A stretch of 60,509 nt of DNA from Enoplolaimus lenunculus (taxonomy: Eukaryota): assembly GCA_030248215.1 (NCBI GenBank), contig JASANG010001402.1:558001-618509 (forward strand). Direction: 5' to 3'. A program made the position numbers and the translations under genes. A model generated the notes under the pieces. It worked only from the letters and a program-made list of their open reading frames with translations, was not told the DNA's origin and did not search any database. Positions 1 through 13,900 of this stretch are shown one piece after another; position 1 is the stretch's first letter; each line of letters starts with the position of its first letter.

Positions 1-1194
1 GTTTTACCCGGGGCGGGAAATCGATTTGCAGTCGGAGCCGGACTTCAACCTGGTTCTACGTTCGCACATTTATAAAACTACGGAAAATTTCACGTTTCAA
101 ACTAGCACAGCCTGCACCAAAAAATCTATCGGAGCCCAAGATCATTTATGCAGGAGCCGTACGTGTAGCAAAATTAGGTAGTTACCTGCCGTCACACTGG
201 TGCAGGATTTAGTTGTTTGCATGAATGAAACACTAGACCCGAGTGCCAAATTTGTGTTTGATTGTCGCCCTGAGATGCCTTCTTATTCACTCAATTAACA
301 CAAACATTTATGAATTTACTTTACATGAAACGATAATACGTGATAAATGTGTAAAAATATTTTATATTAAATGTATTTTTTGTTGGACTAGCAAATCCAG
401 GCCCGACAGTAATGCAAGCCGGTTCCGTTTTGCCACAGTGGTTAAAGATACACATCCAATTTGTAACTTTTAAAAATAACATCAGCCGATGTATAAGAAT
501 TCAATCCAGACATTCATAAAAAATTATTTCTCGAAAAAAACTACTCACTACTAGTTGTTATCGGGTAGTACGACTTAGCAGTACGCATAGAACATCGAAA
601 TCTAACACCAGTGATCAAAAATTGAAAATAAATCAAAATATTCATGACGCACATATAATAAAATCTCATTCAATGATCGACGTGATGAAACAACATGGTA
701 CAAAAGATGATTTATGCAAAATAGCAAATACAATAAAAACCCAATACAATAAAACCAGACCATACTATTGCATTTAACCTATGATTCTCACAATCGTGAC
801 CGATATTATTGGACAGTTGTTCGGTAGTCCCTCCCGCACTAGTGCTAATTGCTAATTCGTTAGAAAGCAAATCTATTCCCACAACTGTTTTCCTAAGTCT
901 TAGGCTGGCGTTTAGGCAAACGCTGACTCTAAGTCTCAACCGATTGTATTAATCCAGTTATTATATACAGAACTATTTTTAGGAGAAGTATTCCAGTATC
1001 TTTTAGCTCTAGAGGCTAACAGACAGATAGACAGATAGATATTAAGCTCACAATTTGTAATAAAGTGTTCAGACCAGTCATAAGTCTCCATATGATATTC
1101 AAATTACACGTAGCCGAGTCTATACCAAACTTAATTTTATTGAACAAAAACTAAAAACCCGACATCACAGTATGAACTGGTAGTATAACGTGAA

Positions 1195-1362
1195 CGGCCA
1201 ATGTTACTTTTAGGGGCGTAACAGTAGATTCAGCGTATTCCTCAGCGTTGCAAAAATGTGTTCCTAAGCCTAAGCCTAAGCAAAAAATGTAATACAGAAT
1301 CTAATCCTACACTTTTATAGACCCATCAGAAACCTGGATGTCCCTTAAAGTAACATGGGCCA
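1195..1362. mobile_element. MITE with CGGCC(C/A)ATGTTACTTT TIRs, ~6-bp TSD and internal TTAGGC repeats
   Basis: TIRs GGCCAATGTTACTTTTAGGG / CCCTTAAAGTAACATGGGCC; internal CCTAAGCCTAAGCCTAAGC; flanks cgtgaa/tgtgaa. Confidence 0.75.
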
Positions 1363-1706
1363 TGTGAATAATAAACAGCAAACCATCTACATAATGAGAG
1401 TACGTACTTTACATGACAAAAAAATAAGAACGAGACAAACAACTGCACAGTTTTGCCAGATCACACACTTACAAGACAATAGAAAGTTACTTGGAGCAGT
1501 AATACTGCACATACCATATGCATATATGTAATCAGGAAGCATAATAGCTGAAAGCGGAAGTAACAACTATGTACACGGTCATTTACGTTCCCACTGACTG
1601 AATACAATCATACCTCAAGTCGTCATTTAGCAAAAATAGGTGTCTTAGGTTCTTTGATGGCTTGTTTCATGACTGCCAATAAACAACTTACTTCAACACC
1701 TAATTA

Positions 1707-1883
1707 TGGCCCATGTTACCTTCAGAAACGTTTCATTTTCTGGACGGACTGTAAAGAGTATGATTAGATTTGACTGTATTTTTGTTTACGCTTAGAGTTG
1801 GGTTTATACTTTTTTCAACGCTTAAGCTTAGGCTTGGGAATATGTCTAATCTACTGCTACGGTGTTAAAAGTAACATCGACCC
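1707..1883. mobile_element. TTAGGC-bearing MITE, second copy
   Basis: GGCCCATGTTACC...GCTTAAGCTTAGGCTTGGG...AAAAGTAACATCGACC. Confidence 0.7.
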
Positions 1884-2657
1884 TATTATTTGCAAGAGAC
1901 TAAGTACATATTTCAAACTCTAACTCTAAGTTAGCACTAGTTTTTTAATCAGCTATATATAGTTTTGCACAGCAATAAGTTCTATCGTCTTGAACAAATG
2001 CTTATTCTAAAACTATGTTACACTTTTCGTCAATGAATATTTGGTAGCGGAATCCCGATTTTTTGATTTGACATGAACGTCCGGTCGCTAATAACTGACC
2101 GATCCATCAAATCACAGGAACTATAATATCTGCCAAAATGTGAAGCGTCGAACTTTTCAAAATCCTGGCTACGCCGAAGCCTTAAAACTTTTCACGCATG
2201 TTTTTCGCGACACGCTCAACTATCTCTGAAAGTTTACGGATCAAATCAAACGTCAAAACGCAGTATAAAAAATATAAAACGGGCTATATGATATATAAAT
2301 AAAACAGTATAGCGCATCTGAACACAGAATACGCCGCGCATTCAATTCGTATAAAATTGTCATAGAAATATACATATTTATATAATTTAAATTCCGGAAG
2401 ACTAATTGCATATCTAACTAATAAATGCACAAACCAGCATGCCAACCAATGACGAATGGAACAAAAGTTTTAGCCACCATATATATAATTTACTGCAATA
2501 CTCGAAAATTAACTCTAAACTGCATCTGACCATTTGTTTTCATGCCGCTTCTCCAAGACAGTTTAGCATTCATTCATCTACGAACATATATGACCCGCGT
2601 TACTGCAATTTATCCTAACATTTCTTTTACCCAGACTCATACTCTCAAATTTGTATA

Positions 2658-3035
2658 TGTCGTAGGCCAATCTGCTATTCAGGCCAATTACCTATTGGCC
2701 TACACCTCTCGGCTATTCTGAATAGCACATTGGCTTAGGCCAAATAGCATAACGATTATAAGATGTAGCAAAACAATAGTGATGTAAAACAAACGCTGAT
2801 TGGTTAAAGGTATTGGGTCTGTCCAAATAGTTAAATCTGTTTGGTTTATTTGCTTAGTAGCAGTTTAGCCTATGTGAAACTGCTATTACTCAAAATAGCG
2901 GATTAGCCTAGGCCAATAGGTACTAATTGGCCTGAATAGCAGATTGGCCTAGGCAAATAGGTAATTGGCCTGAATAGCAGAGTGACCTAGGCCAATAGGT
3001 ACTAATTGGCCTGAATAGCAGATTGGCCTACAACA
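2658..3035. mobile_element. TA-flanked MITE with TGTCGTAGGCCAATCTGCTATTCAGGCCAATTA TIRs
   Basis: Long TIRs flanked by TA; the right subterminal unit is duplicated. Other copies at 5106-5370, 7989-8281, 19355-19532, 24489-24663. Confidence 0.8.
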
Positions 3036-3925
3036 TATATAGCGCTTATCATCAGTTAGTAATAGATTTTTTAAAAAACCGAACGAACTGCCGCAGATAC
3101 GACAGTCAAAAATTCGGCTCACAAGTAACATCAATCAAATGCAACAAGCTAAGATTTTGAAAATCTCCATTGGCTCAATTGAAATTTTTAATGACTTATC
3201 TGCGTTCAACCACTAATCAATGCTACATACATTTAAGAATATGGTCAGTGGTTTTAATTTAAATACAACAGATATATACGCATTCCAGAAGCTGTAGCAT
3301 TCTGATCTTGTCCTCAGGTGACTTTGGTACCTTATGTGATACGCTCAAACAATAAACACTAACCTCTAAGTATATTCGCAAGCCTAAGCTTCAGCGTAAC
3401 AATAAGCCTAAAACTAAGTCTAAACTTAACAAAGACGAGCAAAACTTACGCCAAAGCCTATGACATAGTTTATTGCGGCGCTTCGGAAAACATGGACGGA
3501 CGCCTCTAAAAGTAACGTGGGCCAAACCCCTAGTAGCTTGCGCTAGAATAATTAATTACTGACCCTTCAACAATATTTCAAAATGTTCCTCAAATAAGTC
3601 ATATCAATAAATGCATGTGGTAATTTTATCATAGCAACATACAGCGGCACTATACTATATATATGAAATTTTATAAAACAATGTTATACAAATGTTGTAC
3701 ACAAGTCGGGTGAAAAAGGGAAATGATTTGCGTAAATTAATACATGTAATTAATTAATTAAGTAGCAACCTAGCTGACAAGTTTGATTTCAAAGTAATGT
3801 AGTAAAAGAACATTTAACGTACACTACAGAGACCAGCTAATGGGCGGCATCCGTAAGTTGTCATAATTCTGTCCTGGATCAACTAATGTTTCCTTCTGAA
3901 TTGGCTGATTACCAGATACATAGTC

Positions 3926-4700
3926 CAAGGTGCGACTCGATATCCGGTTTTTGTATAATATCAGGCAAAAAACAGATAGCCGTATCCATTATAATGCAAA
4001 TTCCACAATATTATGTGTAGACCAGATGACTTTTGAGGGAGTAATGCGATGGACACTGAAGCGTTTTGGCGGAACACTGAAGCTTTTTGGATGCTTTTTT
4101 GGCGTTAGCATTTTGCACACTGAAGCAAGCTTTTTGGTTTCAGTGTCCTGCACACTGAAGCTTTTCTGGCTTCAGTATCCTGCACGCTGAAGCCAAAAAG
4201 CTTCCGTATGCTGCGCGCTGAAGCCAAAATCTTCAGTAAACAGCACATTGAAGGTGTTTCGCTTCAGTGTTCAGCGCACTATAGCTTTTTTGGCTTCAAT
4301 GGGTTACATACTGAAGCTTTTTGGTTTCTGTATGCAGCACACTGAAGCATTTTTGGCTTCAGTGTTCATCGCACTACCCCTCAAAAGTCACCTAGTGTAC
4401 GCATGATATTGAAGAATTTGCATAAGCCTACCTGATATTGATGGCTGTGGTGCTGAATATCGCACAACCGGTTTTGTGCAAGTGGACATATTTAACATCG
4501 CATTTCGGGCAAGCCAACAAGCTTAAGTTTTTCACATTGAAGTAAACTTCAAAAATCCAAGCTAGCAAAAAATTTCCATCCAGTAAACGTATACGTTTGC
4601 GTGACTCAAATAATTTTCAACAGTGCACAAATTAAGATGTCATACACATTCGGTCAATATCCGGATCAAGTCCTGTAATTTAATATCCGGTCGCACCCTG
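3926..4700. mobile_element. hAT-like MITE containing a nested palindromic element (about 3994-4423)
   Basis: Ends CAAGGTGCGAC / GTCGCACCCTG. The nested element has ~75-bp inverted arms (..GACTTTTGAGG.. / ..CCTCAAAAGTC..) and repeated CTGAAGC..GCTTCAG units. Confidence 0.65.
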
Positions 4701-5105
4701 GCATATAGTCCTACTTATTCCATTCGTACAATGCAATTTCTGCACTGACCCTGTACCATTTATCCCTCTGACACGAATCTTGAGTGCTTGAAATCATCTG
4801 GTGGACACTTCAATTGATTCCTTATGGTAGGTGCAGGTGCGGTCACAGAAACGATCGACTTGAGCGGCACTCCCTCCGAAATGCTTTGTAGACAGCTATT
4901 GAATATTACGAGAAAAATTCAGCAGTACCACACCACCACGAAAAGCATTTAATTATTTTACGCCCGTCTCCCCTGAAAAAATCTTGGGACAACCAGTACT
5001 TATGGAGAGAAACTTCAATTGATCCTACTACAACCATCAAATTTAATGTGACAAGCTTTTCTAATTTATACAAGCACAATACTTACTGCATTAAATTACA
5101 TATTA

Positions 5106-5370
5106 TGACGCAGGCTAATTTGCTATTCAGGCCAATTACGAATTGGCCCAGGCCAATCTACTAGTCGAAGCAAATAGCGTCGCAAAACAACAGTGATGTA
5201 GAGACCAACGTTGATTGGTCAATGGTATTGCGTCTTCCAAATAATCAAATCTGATTGGTCAATAAGGTGTACAGCAGTTTAGTCCAGGCCAAAATGCTAT
5301 TGCATAAAAAAATAGTAGATTGACCTAGGCTAATTAGTAATTGACCTGAATAGCAGATTAGCCTACAACA
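5106..5370. mobile_element. TA-flanked MITE, TAGGCCAATCTGCTATTCAGG family
   Basis: TIRs and interior homologous to 2658-3035. Confidence 0.75.
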
Positions 5371-6308
5371 TATACATTTTAATTTTCGTGTTTTTGCTGA
5401 GCTGTTCTATCGTTAAAATTTAAGACAGTCATTCATTAATACATGAGATCAATTAGAGGTACGGCAAAATAACATACGTACAAACAAATAATCCAGCTTG
5501 GTGTTCACATTTACGTAGATATATTCTGTTGTAAATTACTCAAGTCTATTTTTCAACTTCCAACGATAATTTGAATTTTGCTTGCAGACTAAACGCGTTA
5601 ATATTTAAATCTATCCAAAGTTCAGCAGTTGGTATTGTGCGACGGGAACCTGTTTTCATCAAAAGTTACTTGACACATATATACTATAAACTGCGCGATC
5701 AATATTTGGTGACGGCCAAACAATCGTCATAGTCTTCCGGGCATCAACCGGATATTACTTTAGTGGATGTATCTTCCGGGCATCAACCGGATATTACTTT
5801 ACCGGATGTAGCATAGAAATTAGTGCACTGTTGCATGGACCGAGCCAGATTTTTGGAAAGTAGGGTTACGTTTCATAAAAACTTCGAACGGAAGGTTTCT
5901 TGTGTTGGAAACTGAAAACGTTTTTCAACTTTTTATTGTATCAGCCATTCGAAACCACACCCACAAATAAATATGCGGGATCTGGTATGTCTACGCCGGA
6001 TACGAGAGCCGAATTCGGATATCGTTTTTTTGCCGGATACTACACCGGAACTAGATATCCGGTCGCTCCGTACTTAAGTACGTACATGGAAAATAACATT
6101 GTCGGAAACACGAATACTATTTCTTGCTTTAAAACACGCTATTCATTGCGCATAACTATCGCAGAGTAATAATTCAAATTGCACATCATACAAGCATGCA
6201 AATATATACAATCAAGTTCAATATTGCCTTTCTTCAAGTATTTTTCCTTAGAATACATTGCATGCAGATTTTGTTTACATTTAGGCTCAGTGCTAGGAAC
6301 TTCGCTCT

Positions 6309-6664
6309 TAGGGTTGCGCTAGACTTTTGTTGACGTGCGGCGCCGTCAGTCACCCGCACGGGACCATCAGTCGCCGTCCGTCACGCGTACGGCGACGTCC
6401 GTCACCATGCGGAGCCGTCCGTCATCTTGCGGTGTCGCACGCAAACAACTCAAGAACGATACCACATGGTGACGACGGCGCCGTACGGGTGACAGACGTC
6501 GGCGTATGGGTGACGACCGGCACCGTACGGGTGACAGACGTCGCCGTATGGGTGACGGACGGCACCGTACGGGTGACAGACGTCGCCGTATGGGTGACGG
6601 ACGGCACCGTACGGGTGACGCACTGTGACGGACGACGCCGGATGTCAAGCGTAGCACATCCCTA
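6309..6664. mobile_element. TAGGG-ended hAT-like element with a GC-rich internal minisatellite
   Basis: Ends TAGGGTTGCGCTA / TAGCACATCCCTA; tandem GGCACCGTACGGGTGACAGACGTCGCCGTATGGGTGACGGAC units. Relatives near 24710-24970, 41160-41340, 53060-53153, 57450-57555. Confidence 0.65.
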
Positions 6665-7988
6665 ACTCCCATATTTTGAGGTATCACGCGTGCACGATCT
6701 GAGAAAGCTTGATTTTAGTTTAAAGCAATCGCGTCTGTATTGGCGAATGAATATTCCCACAATCCAGTGATACAGAACGAATGACCCTGATTATAACCTA
6801 CATTTGAACAAACTTACACCACTGGAGTGGATACAATATATATGTATTTATATTTATTAACAATTTCATGGAAAGTACCATACTCCGATGGATTTACTCG
6901 AAATTTCATAGGTTCATTCATACCGTAACATTTCATTCATAAACTCCTAAAACTACAACTACAATAATATCGCTCACTCCAATGACCACTGGGTTAGTCC
7001 AGGGCAGAATTCTTTGTCTGCTATAAGTAGTAGTCGCCTTGTGATCAGTTACTATCTTAATACCATACTGAAATACGATTAGCGGATGCAAAAATATATA
7101 CTCTTTTCTGATTGGTAAGTAATTGCCAGTTGTTGGCTACCAAACAATTTAGTGCAAGTTATGATTTCAACGTTAACTGTTAATAACATGCTCTAAATGT
7201 ACCCAAAGAAGATTCGAACCAGAATGCAACCGAAACTGAAAGAAACCGGAGCTGAAGGACAACAGATTTTGCAGCAGCCGGTCGGTGTTGACACAAAATC
7301 CTGCTATCAACCAATCAACAATCAACCCCTATACACGACACATAAAACACGTTCCCTGATCAAACGTACCCCAAATGATAAAACACAGTGGACAGCAGTA
7401 CGTATATAAACAGAAAAATATACATACATACATATTATATTATATATACGTATTAGCACCAAAACAGCATAGCTTCGTGTATCCTCCACCGTACATATAT
7501 ATGCATAGCCATACCAAACCATACAAGGCCCAAGGACACCAGTAAGTAGCTTCAGTAGCTAATATAAAATTATTTGTCGTACGCTTATAGAAATTCCAAC
7601 ATAATTCGAAAATTTAATTAATCAACTTTCGATATTTTACTCCAAACACTTATATACGTATATATACATACATATATTCAAATATACATACGTATATATT
7701 GATATATACATACGTATATATATTGAAATATACATACGTAAATATATTGTCAGAATATGCAGCCAATATCTTGCATACACTGGCTTGCACTGGCGGATTC
7801 AAACGAGGCAGCCACACCCGGGGCATGCCACCTCAACAAGTATCAAGATTCGTAATAAGATTTACTACTTAAACTATGCTTAGCTTCTTGCCCGCTACAT
7901 TTATCACTATTACTAATATCGGAGCCTCCATCGAAAAGACACACTGTATATTTATATGTGTATAATTATTTGCATAATGTACGTATTA

Positions 7989-8281
7989 TGTCGTAGGCCA
8001 ACCTGCAATTAAGGCCAATTAGTAATTGGCCTTGGCCAATCTACTATTTTAAATAATAGCAGTTTGACCTGGGCTAAACTGCTATCGAACTTGCAGACCA
8101 ATCAGATTTGATTATTTTGGAAAGACGCAATACCGTTAGCCAATCAGCGTTGGTCATATATCACTGTTGTTTTGTGACATGTCACAATCGCTATTTGTCC
8201 TTGGACAAACTGTTATTTGCTTCGAGCAGATTGGTCTAGGTTAACTAGTGATTGGCCTGAATAGCAGATCGGCCTACGGCA
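7989..8281. mobile_element. TA-flanked MITE, same family, opposite orientation
   Basis: TGTCGTAGGCCAA...GAATAGCAGATCGGCCTACGGCA. Confidence 0.75.
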
Positions 8282-10905
8282 TATATGTGACATTCATCAC
8301 AAAGTCATCAATTTGTCTTTCGAATACAAAACTTTTATTCGAAAGCTGTAATGATACCGTGATACCTTTGATCCTAGTGCAACGCACTTGGCGACCCGAG
8401 AAGTAGCAACTTATTACTGCGCTAGAATTTCCTTTCGGTGCAACTTGCCATACACCAAACCAGAGTGCAAAACTGCAAACCAACAGAGATGAAAAAGATA
8501 TACCCCGATTCTCAGGGTCGATCGAGATTCAACAAAATTTGCCGGAGTAGTTGAGGCAAACTTAGGTAGCTTATCTCATGCGAAACGCACTAAAAATTAA
8601 CAGTCAGTGACCAAATGAAATGGTATCAAAAATAATTTTGAAAGCTTTTGCTTTTGCGAAGAAATTTCAACAACTTAACACTCTGAACCTTGCCTAAAAT
8701 CTGCAGCCAACAGCCCATTGATCGAAGCATGTTTCGCGAAAATCCAAAAGTTTCACAGCCGATATTGCCAGAACGTACGGCACTAAAATTCTACGTTCCG
8801 AAAACAACCTCAGGAACGGCTGAACCGATTTTGATACACTTTTCTGTTTGAAAGCCAATTGTCCTGGGATGTTAACCTCGCATTGGGGTTTTAAAATTTA
8901 AAGCCATTTCGTACCATAGCCAGCGGTCGATGTTCAGCCGGCAGAGTTTTGGATGTATCCTGTCATACTCATTACCCATATATATATATATATCCAAGTC
9001 TGTGTAATGTGTACATATTTATATATGTACATATGTATATATGCTGCTAATATTATAATCTCTTCCCCAAACACAGCCAGGAGGCCACACAATGGCTGTA
9101 AATCAAAACTCAAATTATTCACTCTTATCTGTTGCTGCGACTATATATATATATATATTCGTCGTATACATATTATATAGTTTCGGGTTTTTCGGCTCAA
9201 CTCAAAAACTTTATTAACTACAGTAAACAGGCTATAATGAAGGGATAACAGCTGCGCTGTGTCAAGCCAGAATTGTTTGCTGTATTCACATTTATCGCGT
9301 GTATACACAAAATATTGATGATCGAGTGCCAAAATAGCTTCGAAAATATATTAAGGTGAACGCGAAAAATAAACATTAATAAACTATATATACGTATATA
9401 TTATTTTACCGGATACTTCAACTGGATACCGGATGGCGATGTTTTTTACCGGAACCCGATGTTAACCGGATGTAGCATCTGAACGTCCGGTCACAATGCT
9501 ACTACCAACTTTTACGAAAGTCAATTACGTACATATATACTGCGAGCGAATAAACAGCACCGCACCGCTGTTTATGTACATGATGAAAATACTGCCCACT
9601 TTATTTTTCTCATGTCAAAACATTACCCCCCAATAAAAGTGATTGAATTCTTCAACAGAGACAAATAATACTGAATTTAGCGGACTCACACTTGAATAAA
9701 TCGTCAAATGTCTTTGTAGGTATTGCATGGCAATAATAATAATAATAATCAAAACACAAAAAACAACTAAAAAGCATATTAGGTAACAACGTTCAAAACA
9801 TCGGAGACATAAACACCATTGCAAAAAATAAACAAACACATAAAACTAAATTCTACGTGTGATAAAATGCAGACAACGTATCAAAACATATATATGTATA
9901 AATATATATAAATGCATCGGATCAAACCACGTCGTTTTTTGGGGACGCAACGCAGGTACGACAAAAGGCGGTCCACAACATATGTCGAAGACTAAACCGA
10001 CCACACTGAGCCAAACGCTGGTCACCGACCCAAGACCAAGACCGATGGTGTTGATTTATTTCAAACATACGAGCCAAAACTGCAGTCGATTAAGCATATT
10101 TATACAATTTGAATAGCGTGCAATATTATATTAATATACGTGGCATAGGATTCGGGATATACCAGATATCAAAAAAAATTATATTAATGTCAATACATAA
10201 TAGTTATTTAATATAGAACTTATACACGATGCACTCTTTCAATGTATAGCTAAACAACGGAAGACAATTATGCATTAGTAGAGAAGTAAGTTAAGTATAA
10301 TATATTAATAGGTAGATTATGCAGCATGTTTTTTTACACATTATTACGATTTAATAATACACCACACCACTAAACGTGACTCAGTTCGTTGCAATAACGT
10401 TTTGCATACTTCCGTGATTAGATATGCGGTTGAAATTCATAAACCGCACGGCACACGTACGTACATTTATATAGCAGCCAAACAGACTTGAAAATCAACT
10501 CTATGAAACTACAATATTACCAGCATGAATAAAAAAATAGCATGTGGTATAAATTCCGTTTGCCAAATTAATACCAAAATGACCACATCAACCACTACTA
10601 GCTTCAAACCAGTCGCAAAGTGTTCACATATTCCATACCCGATTTGGGCAAGGTGTAATGGCTACACTACAACACTCCCTCTAAGCCAGGACGACTACTT
10701 TAATCACTGTCGTAACATGAGATCGCCAACAGCCACGCTCCCTGAGTCAATAACGGTGTAACGACGACACAGCAAGCCATAAACCAGCAATCATTCATTC
10801 ATAGCAGCGTGAGATGACGTTATTTTCTCTCAACAGCCAATCACAATCCAGTATATATTCTTTCAGTTCATAAGAAATGCAACGACATCATTTGTGAACA
10901 ACCAA

Positions 10906-13900
10906 TTACAATTCAGTATAAACCGGTATCGCCGCAGCCGCCGTATCGCGTTGAGCAGTTGATGCTGACTTTGTGCCAGCCGATGACGTCTTCGTTGATG
11001 TTGTTGTAGTACTGCCATCATCACACTCGTCCCTTTCAGGCGGTGATTCCGGTCGAGTACTCGACGTCTTCAACTTCTTAGTTGGGATGGTGGGTACCGG
11101 TGCAGCGGCCGAAACTGCAGCTAGTCGACGCCGTTTTGTAGCAGTGCCAGATCGTTGTTGCGTTGGCTGGGGCGGCGAAAATTTACCCGATACTGTCTGA
11201 GGTGAACAAGCAGTAACCGCTGGCCTACCTTGTATTTGGTTGTTTTCATCATCGGCAACGTCTTCGTCATTATTCCCGTTTAATTTCACCGATTCATGTT
11301 CGTTGCTGTTGTTTTTGCTTCTGGCGCTAGGATTGGCCGTCGGTAAGCCATCTGGCAACTGATCAACTTTGGCATCGATACTATTGCAATTGTATTTTGA
11401 GTCTCTGTCTTGTTTTGTCGTAGCCGAACTCCGCCCTTCACCAACCGACAGGGCTGGGGTCAATGTTTCCGGCGAGCCTTGTCTCAATATCTTCCGGTCG
11501 TTCTTTGAGTGGCTCCGTTCGCGGCTGTCCATTTTGCAAGCATTATCAGTGGCTTCCACAGTCATGCCTGCAGCTTGATATCCACTATTCTTTTCGTCGA
11601 AAATCACTGAGGTAGTCATTGACGACATTGTAGCGACTGGGGTCGTATCTTGCGTATTAGTCGCCCCTAATACGCACGGCAACAAATCTCGACCGGAGCC
11701 TGCAATTTCACTGTGGTCAACGCCATTTTTTCGCTGGCTGTCTTCCTGTGATGGTGTGGGTTTGCTGTCAACTGATAACTGAACGGCGAGGTGATCAGAA
11801 GACGTGCTACTGGTATCAGAATGATTGTGCAAAAACGTCGTAGGAAGCGCTGAAGAATCAGAGAGACCTTTACTTTTGTTGATTTCAGTCATTCTATACT
11901 CGCCAATAGCACCAATATTCAACGCGTTGTGGTTATTGCTTCGTGTCACGGCTAAATCATGAGAAGTTCGTTCACCGCGTTCACTTATTTCGCCGGACTT
12001 GTTCATTGTTCCACAGGTATTATCAGAGGCGCCTTCACGCCAATTAAGGTACCCACTCCCACGATCATCACTGATGTTCCCTAATACGTTACCAGTAGAC
12101 GAGGTATTAAGCAGGCGTACTTTGGCAAATTTATTGTCATCAGTATCTAGACAGTTGTTATTGTTGTTGTTGTTGTTCGCAGTCTGGTGGGAGAAGACGC
12201 TAGACATCGTGGCATCTCCAGACGAGACGTCTGGTAGTTTAGTAGAGACCAACGCCGCTGCGACACTAGACTGCTGAAGATGTTCGGAGTTGGCGACCGT
12301 TATTTGATTAAACATTTTGATTCGTTCATCTGACGCTATGAATGACGAAGCAGTAGTAAGCATTGTTAAATTTGATGTTTCTTCTTCTTGTTCGTTTTGC
12401 TGTTGTTTCGACTGCTGAATCACTCCAATTGCGTTCGCATTGTTCTGGCCGTCACTCACTATTATACCGTTCGTTTGTTGCGCTCCTGCAGTTGCTAGCG
12501 ATTTTTTCTTCTTTCCTTTCCTCGCTTTTGGGCTGGCTAGAGTACCGTCCGTGCCTGATTGGTTCAGTCTGCTTCCAGGCGGTCGACCTCGTTTCCGTGG
12601 TGGAGCAGGTGTTCCATCTGGCAACAACGCTGGTTGTTTTGATCGGCCACTGCCCGGAGCCAATTCAGTCCCATCGGCCGCGAGCAACTTTTTCCGTCGA
12701 GTATATTTACGTTTCCCAGATTTTGACAGCATAGCGTTTGGGTCTGCATCGGCAGTGTCCGTTTCCGGGCCATGGGGTTGAGATTCACTAAGCAGTAAAG
12801 GTGGACCGTTTAAACCACTTGCCGTCTGTAGCTGCTGCTGCCCTTTGTGATGGCTATTATGAAGTTGAATAGGCGGACTCGCTACCATTAACAAATTTTG
12901 TTGCATTTGTTGCTGTTGTTGTTGTTGTTGCTCCAGACGATGTGACAACTCACCATCAACTACTGAACTAATTATAGATGCAGTTGAAATATTGTTGTTG
13001 CTATCGTTCCCTCTATTGCCACCATCTACAACATACCGCGTTTCTTGTGTATTACCGTTGTCATTGTGGTTTTTAAGATCACCACAAGACTCACTTTGTT
13101 GTTGTTGCATGTCCAAATTGAGCACCGAATGCACACTTTGTTGTTGTTGTTGGTGGTGGTGTTGATCATGCCTATCTGAGCCGCGACCTGTATCCATATT
13201 GTTGTTGTTGTTACTATTATTATTATTATTATTGTACATAGACTGGCGATTATCCAAATTTTGTTCAACATGTGTCGGCAACGGAGGCGGAGATCGATTG
13301 TTTATCGTTGTTGAATACTGTGTCGAGTTTTCATTATTTAGACTGACTTGATCTATTTGTCCACTTGAATACGACGACGTATGATGTTGCATATGTTGTG
13401 GAAGACAATCTAGCTGCATTACTTGTTGCTGGTTACGTTGCTGCTGCTGCTGTTGTTGTTGTCGTAAGTGTTCAAAATTATCTCCTACAGTTTCTGTTGA
13501 ATTTGAAAGCCCAGATCCGTTGCTACCATTTGTTCCCATAAGTTGCTGTTGAGGATTCTGTTGTACGACATGTGGTAGGCCTGGTAAATGCTGAGCTTGA
13601 TAATATGGTGGTAGATGTTGTAGTTCATGTTGGCCTGCATTAATTATACCGTCGGTGTTCGATGAGTACTGCTGCCCCACAGACGTGGTAACTGAGGTTG
13701 CGTGGTCAGTAACACCATTACTACAATCAAATGCTTGAGTTGCATTTTGTAATTGAAGTAGTTGTTGTTGTTGCTGGTGTTGTTGTTGTTGTTGTTGTTG
13801 TTGTTGCTGCTGGTGGTGTTGTTGTTGTTGTTGGTGGTGGTGGTTAACATGTATAGCGTGACCCGGCAATTGTTGAAAGTTATAACTATTTGAATGCTGC

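Noticed and set aside
6327..6687. Overlapping ORFs on both strands
   Set aside because: They derive from a GC-rich minisatellite within a MITE.
3780..7320. Exon-like segments on the minus strand (about 3825-3895, 4750-4895, 7205-7305)
   Set aside because: Splice-like ends exist, but frames hit stops and no protein is recognisable; possibly UTR or lncRNA, unsupported.
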